Positions 57,429 through 64,000 of a DNA stretch of 64,000 bases are shown in pieces. The number at the start of each line of letters is the position of its first letter. Within the stretch, counting starts at the first letter, position 1. This stretch comes from Candidatus Paceibacter sp. (GTDB lineage Bacteria > Patescibacteriota > Minisyncoccia > UBA6257 > JAGOQP01): NCBI GenBank assembly GCA_020724905.1, contig DYGB01000001.1:65866-129865 (forward strand), in the 5' to 3' direction. The notes below the pieces were generated by a model. It saw nothing but the letters and a program-made list of their open reading frames with translations. It did no database searches and was not told the origin of the DNA. The position numbers and the translations under genes are program-made.

Positions 57429-59144
57429 CTAGGAGAGAACCTTTTTAATAAATGAAACAAATAGTGGATGAGGGGAAAGAGGGCGAGAAGTGAGTTCTGG
57501 ATGAAACTGGGTTGCAACGAAAAATGGGTGCACCTTAGGAGGAAGCTCTATAATCTCAGCCAGTCTCCCTGAAGGAGAAAGCCCTGATATTACAAGTCCC
57601 TTTTGTTCCAAGAGATCAAGATATTCTGGATTAATCTCATATCGATGTCGATGCCTCTCAGAAATCACAAGATCATCTTTCTTGCTGTACTCACGTCTAT
57701 TAACAAAAGGAATATGAAACCTCTCAGCTGACCGATACGCCTGATATGCATGTGTTCCTTTCTTTACTACTGCAGGATATACTCCAAGTCTCATTGTTCC
57801 TCCATAACGTTCTTTTGAAACAACATCTTTCTGTTCAGGAAGTATATCAACAAAAGGATGGCTTGTATTCTCATTAACTTCTGTTGTATGTGCGTCTGAA
57901 AATGAAAGTACGTGTCGAGCAAACTCTACCACAGCAAGCTGCATTCCATAACAAAGCCCCAAAAATGGTATCTTCTTCTTTCGAACATACTCAATAGCGG
58001 CAATCTTTCCCTCAATAGAACGAGTACCAAATCCTCCTGGAACAATAATTCCATCATATCCAGAAAGAACAGAGAGATTTTTTCGTGCTTTCTCTTTTCC
58101 TACCTCAGTAGGATCAAAATCAGCAGCATTTAACCACTCTAACTTCACACGAGCCCCAAGATGAAATCCTGCATGTTTTAGTGCCTCAATAACAGATACA
58201 TATGAATCAGCAAGAACAAATGATCCTGAAGAAAAGTATTTTCCTACCACACCAACACGAACTTCTTTTTGAGCTTTTTGAGATTTCTTTACAAATTTCT
58301 CCCATACAGAAAAGGTGTCTTTTTTAACACGTAATCCAAGTTTTTTAAGAAGGAGTGAGTCCAGCCCAGCTTTTTTAAAGTTAATAGGGATTTCATAGAT
58401 ATTTGAAACATCGGGAGCAGCAATAATGCTCTCCTTTTCCATATTACAGTTAAATGCAATCTTTTCTTGTCTTTTTTTATCAAGAGAAAGTGCGCTTCGA
58501 GCAAGAATAATATCAGGCTGTAGTCCTCCTGAGTTTAGTGTACGAACGGCGTACTGTGTTGGTTTTGTTTTTAGCTCATTATCTTTATTAAGCAAAGGAA
58601 GATAACTTACCAACACGAGTGCAACATCTCCTCGTTTCTTTTGACGAAGCATGCGAGCAGCTTCTGAGAAAATAAATCCTTGATATTCTCCCACTGTCCC
58701 ACCAATTTCAATAACACCAATATCAGCATCTTCTACATCAAGCGCATGATTAATCTTTTTGATAATCGCAAGAGGAATGTGAGGAATCACCTCAACACAC
58801 TTCCCTTTGTATTTTAATGACCGCTCTTCTTCAATAACATCACGGTAGATGCTCCCGGTTGTCATGTAATTTTCCCCTGAAAGATCTCTATCTAAAAATC
58901 GTTCGTAGTTTCCCATATCCTGATCACACTCTGTTCCATCAGGAAGCACAAATACCTCTCCATGCTCTGTTGGATTCATGGTCCCAGCATCAACATTTAC
59001 ATAGGGATCAATTTTAAAAGCAGTGACCTTGTGGCCACTGTCCTTTAAAAGACGTGCTATTGATGATGCAGCAACACCCTTCCCGACACCAGACATGACA
59101 CCCCCCATAACAAAGATGTATTTTCGTATTCGTCGGGATTTCAT
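57429..59144 (-). CDS. pyrG: CTP synthase
   Basis: GGVMSGVGKG, KIDPYVNVDAGTM, EIGGTVG, KTKPTQ, GLCYGMQ, ERHRHRYE, QFHPE. Confidence 0.98.
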   Translation of the reverse strand: MKSRRIRKYIFVMGGVMSGVGKGVAASSIARLLKDSGHKVTAFKIDPYVNVDAGTMNPTEHGEVFVLPDGTECDQDMGNYERFLDRDLSGENYMTTGSIYRDVIEEERSLKYKGKCVEVIPHIPLAIIKKINHALDVEDADIGVIEIGGTVGEYQGFIFSEAARMLRQKKRGDVALVLVSYLPLLNKDNELKTKPTQYAVRTLNSGGLQPDIILARSALSLDKKRQEKIAFNCNMEKESIIAAPDVSNIYEIPINFKKAGLDSLLLKKLGLRVKKDTFSVWEKFVKKSQKAQKEVRVGVVGKYFSSGSFVLADSYVSVIEALKHAGFHLGARVKLEWLNAADFDPTEVGKEKARKNLSVLSGYDGIIVPGGFGTRSIEGKIAAIEYVRKKKIPFLGLCYGMQLAVVEFARHVLSFSDAHTTEVNENTSHPFVDILPEQKDVVSKERYGGTMRLGVYPAVVKKGTHAYQAYRSAERFHIPFVNRREYSKKDDLVISERHRHRYEINPEYLDLLEQKGLVISGLSPSGRLAEIIELPPKVHPFFVATQFHPELTSRPLSPHPLFVSFIKKVLS

Positions 59145-59182
59145 TGCTCCCAATGTATCATGAGAAGTCAAAAAACTCAATA

Positions 59183-60463
59183 TTAGAGCTCATCAAGTAA
59201 TGAAGGTTCGTGTTGAGGGATATATGAACTGTCGGTAGGTAAAGAAAGAGTAAATATAGAGCCACGTTTAAGCTCAGAGATAACACTGATATCTCCCCCG
59301 TGACCTCGTACAATATTACGAGCAATATAGAGCCCAAGTCCCGTACCATCAGCAACGGCTCGCATTGCATTCTCTGCTCTGAAAAACTTTCCAAAGAGTT
59401 TATCTATTTGATCTTGAGGAATACCAATTCCAGTATCTTCAATAGATATGGTAACAAATCCTTCTTGACCCTCTCCGATACGAACAGTAATCTCTCCATT
59501 CTCAATATTATACTTAAGTGCATTGTCTAAAAGATTTAAAACAACCATTCGCATCTTTTCTTTATCGATAACAACAGATACGTCTTGCGCAGGACGATCA
59601 AAATACAATTTTATCCCACTCTCTTTTGCAAGTGGATAGACCTCTTTGAGTAGTTCATCAAGGTAGGATACGAGTGGTACTGTCTCAAATGAATATCCAA
59701 ACTTCCCTTCTTCTATCTTAGATACATCAAGTAAGCTATTAACGGTACGTAATGCATTTTCAATAGCTGCTTTTCCTGTATCAACAAGTTCTTTTTGAGA
59801 ATCAGTTAACGTCTCATCATGAAGTCCTTCAAGAGCCCAGTTGGTAGCGGTAAGAGGAGTACGAAGCTGATGAGCAGCAACACCAATAAATTCTGTTTTT
59901 GAACGAAGTAGTTCAGCTTCTCGTGTTTTATTTACAAACAATTTTACAAACGCTACCACCTTCCCCTCACCATCAATGACTCGCTGTGTTGTGACACGAA
60001 TATTAAGAGGAGGATCGGTAAAGATGACATCAGCAACAGAAGGATATTCCCCAGAAGCAGTTCTCCTAATAACTGCAGGAGCAAGGGTAAGGAATACACA
60101 CTGAATAAATCGTTGCATCTTTGTATCAGAAGCCTGTGAGGCATCAAGTTTCTTTGGCATATCAGATGAAGAAAGTCCAAACATATCTTCAAGTTCTTTG
60201 TTTGCCTTAAAGACACGGAATGATGAATCATATACAAGCACCCCCACAGGAGCATGTTCCAAGATAACCCTACTCAATGATTCTCCTATAGAAGACATCT
60301 CTCCAACACGTGAAGCAAACAGAGTTCTTTCAATAATAATACCAAGCGCTATAAGTGCTCCAAGAATAATACTAACAGCATTCCAAGGAGAAGGAATAAA
60401 AAAAGAAGCTCCAATAAGGAGAATTGATAAAATTCCTCCACTGTATGCAAATATGCTATTCAT
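59183..60463 (-). CDS. PAS-domain sensor histidine kinase
   Basis: 2 TMs, PAS, AHQLRTPL, NLLDNALKY, DTGIGI, GTGLGL. Confidence 0.93.
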   Translation of the reverse strand: MNSIFAYSGGILSILLIGASFFIPSPWNAVSIILGALIALGIIIERTLFASRVGEMSSIGESLSRVILEHAPVGVLVYDSSFRVFKANKELEDMFGLSSSDMPKKLDASQASDTKMQRFIQCVFLTLAPAVIRRTASGEYPSVADVIFTDPPLNIRVTTQRVIDGEGKVVAFVKLFVNKTREAELLRSKTEFIGVAAHQLRTPLTATNWALEGLHDETLTDSQKELVDTGKAAIENALRTVNSLLDVSKIEEGKFGYSFETVPLVSYLDELLKEVYPLAKESGIKLYFDRPAQDVSVVIDKEKMRMVVLNLLDNALKYNIENGEITVRIGEGQEGFVTISIEDTGIGIPQDQIDKLFGKFFRAENAMRAVADGTGLGLYIARNIVRGHGGDISVISELKRGSIFTLSLPTDSSYIPQHEPSLLDEL

Positions 60464-61637
60464 GAGAAATATCTAGTCTATACAATTTACTATCAAGTCG
60501 ATTAATAAAGTAAAAGAAACCATTTCGTGTAACTGGACTGGTTATATCTAATGAAATATTTTTGCCTCCAAAAATAAGTTCTGAAGAAGAGTCTTGAAGA
60601 TTAAACATATATATTTCATCTTTTGTATATAAATTCCTCTGCATATAACTATCAGGTAATTGTATTCCAGAATCTTTGCTTAGAATATATGGGACTCCGC
60701 AAATCATAGAATTATCTCCATCAAAGACACACTTTGAAGAAATGGTTGAAAGGGATAGTGTTGATGGGCTGGCCGATCCATCAATATCAAATACATCTAT
60801 CCGTATAGTTAATGGATTTAAGCTAGAGAATCTTGCTAGATAGTTCTGATTATCAGTTAATACATCTAACCCCTTTCCAGAAAATAACTTCGTCATTCTA
60901 TGTGTAGAAGTGTTAAAAATCCATGCAGTACCATAGAAGTTGTAAGATGTGGACGGATAGAGTAAAAGAGATGTATTTTTAATCCATACAACATTCATAT
61001 CAGTAAACTTAAATTGAGCCTCTACCTGAACATCATCAATATCATCCACATCAAAAATAGAGACGGTATATATTCCTTCTGACCTATTAGAAAAAACAAT
61101 CGAGCTTTCATCTGGTGAAAAAGATGCTGACGAAAAAGAATATGGAATACTTGTCCAAGCCTCTTTTTCAGAATCAAATAAAAATATTCCGCTATCAAAC
61201 CAGACAAGTGCAAACGAACCAAGTTTACTAACAACAACTTTGTACGGATTTAACCTTGGAAGATTTTCAACCACAACTCCATCTTCCTGAGTATGTTTCA
61301 CTAAACTATTCTGAGAAATAAAGAAAATATTTTCTTCCTCGTTCTCACTGTATATCCAAAAATAATCAGCCTGTTTGTCAGACACAATACTAAGAACTCC
61401 CTGTTCTTGAGTAAAATCATCTTCTGTATCTACGTTAGAAAAGGGAACCGCTTTATATTCAGAATCGATATTGGAACCACCGCCCGAAACATCTCCTATC
61501 GGTGCCGTAGGAAAGCCAGTCTGAGTTGGTTGAGGAGATAAAATGACAGAAACATTCTGAAGGCCGAAATAAACCCCTACAGCAATAGCAAGAAGGATTA
61601 CGATAATGATAAATATTGTGAGAAATTTTTTATTCAT
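60456..61637 (-). CDS. Membrane-anchored beta-propeller-like protein
   Basis: N-terminal TM; SFSPDES and beta-rich repeats; KCV...CGVP...LPDSY. Confidence 0.65.
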   Translation of the reverse strand: MNKKFLTIFIIIVILLAIAVGVYFGLQNVSVILSPQPTQTGFPTAPIGDVSGGGSNIDSEYKAVPFSNVDTEDDFTQEQGVLSIVSDKQADYFWIYSENEEENIFFISQNSLVKHTQEDGVVVENLPRLNPYKVVVSKLGSFALVWFDSGIFLFDSEKEAWTSIPYSFSSASFSPDESSIVFSNRSEGIYTVSIFDVDDIDDVQVEAQFKFTDMNVVWIKNTSLLLYPSTSYNFYGTAWIFNTSTHRMTKLFSGKGLDVLTDNQNYLARFSSLNPLTIRIDVFDIDGSASPSTLSLSTISSKCVFDGDNSMICGVPYILSKDSGIQLPDSYMQRNLYTKDEIYMFNLQDSSSELIFGGKNISLDITSPVTRNGFFYFINRLDSKLYRLDISHE

Positions 61638-61640
61638 ATT

Positions 61641-62717
61641 CTAGAAATGCATATGAATGTGAAATCCACCAATCACCCTTCCATCAGAGGTAAACACATC
61701 GTTGACTGGAAACGCCTTACCTCCCTTATCAAAGAAAACACTTGGATTGCTCCCTCCTTGATTCCTAGCTTCATTGTAAAATGCATCTTTATACCACTGC
61801 CAAATAGCTTTCTTTTCTTCTCTTGTTAAGTTTGACGCGGTAGATACTGGAACAACATCAGCGGCTCTACCTAAATAGTGATACGATGATTCGGCATGAT
61901 TATCTCCTGTAAGACTCGTTATCCTAAAATTAGGAATTTTACTCTTTTCAAGGGAAAAAGAGGATCCTTCAAGATTAATAACAACAACTCCTTCTTCCTG
62001 AGATAGTTGTTTCTGTTTATTTTTTACATTTAGTAATGTGGCTAATATGCCTTCGGTCACATACACGGGTGTTCCTTCACAACTATATGAACCCTCTTCT
62101 GTCCCAGAAACAATATTAAGACCACCAGAAGTACACAAATTTTCGTCAGTCGTACATCCACGAGCGCACACAAAAGGAAGTTCGCCATTTTCCATGTCTC
62201 TAAGATTTGACTGTGGAGTCGCACCAGCGAAACATTGATCAGTTCCAGATAAATCAACTCCTGAGGCACGGAGTGACGTTGCTAACTGGATAGCATTCTC
62301 ATTTTTATTTTCCCATTCACAAGAAATCTCTGAAGAATTTGGTGGAGCTGCTCCCTCAGGTAACTCTTGTTGAGTAAGTGCAGGATTTCTCAACTCGACA
62401 AGATTTGGATTTATTGTATTAAGAATGAGAAACGCCCCAGCGAGAAGAACAAGCCCCCACACAGCACTCTTTATAATGTCCTTGGCGTCTCCTTGGGCTG
62501 ATACATTTCCAGCAGTAACAACATATTTAATACCACCAAAAACAATCATAATAACAGCAAGGGTTCCTGCTATTCCTAAGATGTACAGATAAAAATTGTT
62601 CACAAGGCTTGCAGGATCTCCTGATTGAGTAAACGAAGGAAGCTCTAAACGATACTCATCTGCAAAAGCATTTTTGATAGAGAAAAGTGATGCAACTAAT
62701 AAATAAAAAAGTGACAT
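61641..62717 (-). CDS. CPR T4SS-type pilin fused to a Zn-peptidase (M15/LAS-like) domain
   Basis: LAVIMIVFGGIKYVVTAGN...AKDII..AVWGL...LILNTINP pilin; C-terminal HYLGRAAD (H-x6-D) and HIH. Confidence 0.78.
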   Translation of the reverse strand: MSLFYLLVASLFSIKNAFADEYRLELPSFTQSGDPASLVNNFYLYILGIAGTLAVIMIVFGGIKYVVTAGNVSAQGDAKDIIKSAVWGLVLLAGAFLILNTINPNLVELRNPALTQQELPEGAAPPNSSEISCEWENKNENAIQLATSLRASGVDLSGTDQCFAGATPQSNLRDMENGELPFVCARGCTTDENLCTSGGLNIVSGTEEGSYSCEGTPVYVTEGILATLLNVKNKQKQLSQEEGVVVINLEGSSFSLEKSKIPNFRITSLTGDNHAESSYHYLGRAADVVPVSTASNLTREEKKAIWQWYKDAFYNEARNQGGSNPSVFFDKGGKAFPVNDVFTSDGRVIGGFHIHMHF

Positions 62718-62719
62718 AA

Positions 62720-63421
62720 TTATTTTATTCTAAATTGCTCATAAAACGTAGCAGAGGAAAATAATCCCCCTTCTTGATTTACCGAAATTTCAATAGGGAA
62801 GATACGACCCCTTACCCCTTCTTCTGGAATAGAGACATTAAGGGTATATTTCGAATCAGCCTCCACCGGAACTTCTTTACCATTTACTTTCCATGACACC
62901 CTAAGTGCATTGGGATCAATGTTAAAGAAAAAAGGATACACAGAAAGAAAAAGCTTTTCACTAGGAAGTACATCAGGGACAAATTTATGATAGTCCACTA
63001 CAACACGAGGAGCAACAATAGGAATAGATTCATGGTGATTTATATTATAGGAACGACCCAGTTCAGAGTCATAGTAATCAACAATACTAACTCGTACAGA
63101 AAGAGTTTTGTCAGGATAATCTTTATTCCTAACACGAACACTCTGCAGTCCATTCTCTTTCTTAACAAAGTCATCGTTAATATACCATCGCACCTCTTTA
63201 TTAGAGATATCAATAAGACTTCCTTTTAATGCTCCATTTTGTTCAACAACTTCAAAAGAAATATCTATGTCACTATCATATGATGGAAACGCCTTCCCTT
63301 CATACCATGATGGTGTTATTGTCTGTGCCTGCCAAGAGAAAATGATTTCTGGTTCTTTCGCAAAAACAGAGCCAGAAGACATTAGAAATATAGAACCCAC
63401 CAGTAGTAGAAAAAACTTCAT
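62720..63421 (-). CDS. Secreted hypothetical protein with Ig-like folds
   Basis: Signal peptide; WQAQT..PSWYEGKAFP; WYIND; SWKVNG. Confidence 0.7.
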   Translation of the reverse strand: MKFFLLLVGSIFLMSSGSVFAKEPEIIFSWQAQTITPSWYEGKAFPSYDSDIDISFEVVEQNGALKGSLIDISNKEVRWYINDDFVKKENGLQSVRVRNKDYPDKTLSVRVSIVDYYDSELGRSYNINHHESIPIVAPRVVVDYHKFVPDVLPSEKLFLSVYPFFFNIDPNALRVSWKVNGKEVPVEADSKYTLNVSIPEEGVRGRIFPIEISVNQEGGLFSSATFYEQFRIK

Positions 63422-63461
63422 TATATCTAGTATATCATCTCAAAAAAATAAGATAAACTGT

Positions 63462-63863
63462 CTATTTTCCATGAACTCCTCCCCTTGGGGTTATAGCATT
63501 AGCAAGACCCATATATTTTCCCCATTTTTCAGGATTATTAGTAGCTAAGATAGTGAGAATAATAACAATAGTCCTTGTTGGAGAGATATCTAAAAACGGT
63601 ATAAGCTCTATTCCATTTGCTATAGCATTCCTACTCACAACGCGTGGAGTTCCTTTAAGATACAGGTACAAAAGCGTCGGTAGTCCAATAAGAAAATCAA
63701 CCAAAAAACCAACGATTGCACCAACACCCGTTATATCAAGAATTTCGAGAGCATCTCCTATAAGATTGAATGAAATAAGAAAAAAACTCTCAACAAAACC
63801 AAACCTATGGTTATCTTGAATAACGGGAATATTGGATTCTATAGCCTTTTCTTCATTGTCCAT
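63462..63863 (-). CDS. Small membrane protein of the T4SS-like locus
   Basis: Hydrophobic; ELIPFLDISP. Confidence 0.65.
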   Translation of the reverse strand: MDNEEKAIESNIPVIQDNHRFGFVESFFLISFNLIGDALEILDITGVGAIVGFLVDFLIGLPTLLYLYLKGTPRVVSRNAIANGIELIPFLDISPTRTIVIILTILATNNPEKWGKYMGLANAITPRGGVHGK

Positions 63864-63869
63864 AGCGTA

Positions 63870-64000
63870 TTATACCTGCTCACCATCCTTACGTAATAAA
63901 TCTCGAGGATTTGTAGTAATAATTTTGTCTTCAAAATAGGAAGCAACAACTTGCATAGCAACATGCTGAAGCCCAGCAAAGAAAAGTCCCTGTCCCACTC
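63870..64000 (-). CDS. C-terminal end of a VirB4-like ATPase (partial)
   Basis: Hand translation ...VGQGLFFAGLQHVAMQVVASYFEDKIITTNPRDLLRKDGEQV*, resembling CPR VirB4-like C-termini. Confidence 0.7.
   Translation of the reverse strand, partial: VGQGLFFAGLQHVAMQVVASYFEDKIITTNPRDLLRKDGEQV

Noticed and set aside
1..64000. DGR reverse transcriptase or template repeat; alternative genetic code
   Set aside because: No RT motifs in any ORF and no second copy of the variable region seen; genes are full length in the standard code with TGA used as stop

Overview
Chromosomal segment of a small-genome, AT-rich bacterium. Gene content and style point to Patescibacteria/CPR, probably Parcubacteria: CPR-type pilin and VirB4 tail, TM-anchored Clp ATPase, short MetG, and mostly SD-less core genes. 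This taxonomy is inferred, not proven. Most genes lie on the minus strand. Core genes include mltG, rodA, tsaD, rny, gpmI, trxB, corA, clpP, nusA, secG, tRNA-Leu(CAG), rnj, murE, ruvA, rpsT, holA, metG and pyrG. The window also holds a surface-glycan cluster beside a putative S-layer gene, a 1435-aa PKD/Ig surface protein, an HTH-Doc toxin-antitoxin pair and the end of a CPR T4SS-like/pilin locus. The main unexplained signals are: (1) a wHTH gene carrying 10 copies of a 10-bp DNA motif inside its own CDS in two reading frames, with a DnaA box at its promoter; (2) a gene whose last 50 codons look like a DGR variable region, with no RT or template repeat in the window; (3) a T9SS-cargo-like protein in an organism expected to lack an outer membrane; (4) several structured non-coding segments, including a 6S-like rod before rny and a ~360-nt S-layer leader. 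All family calls come from motif recognition by eye; no database searches were run.
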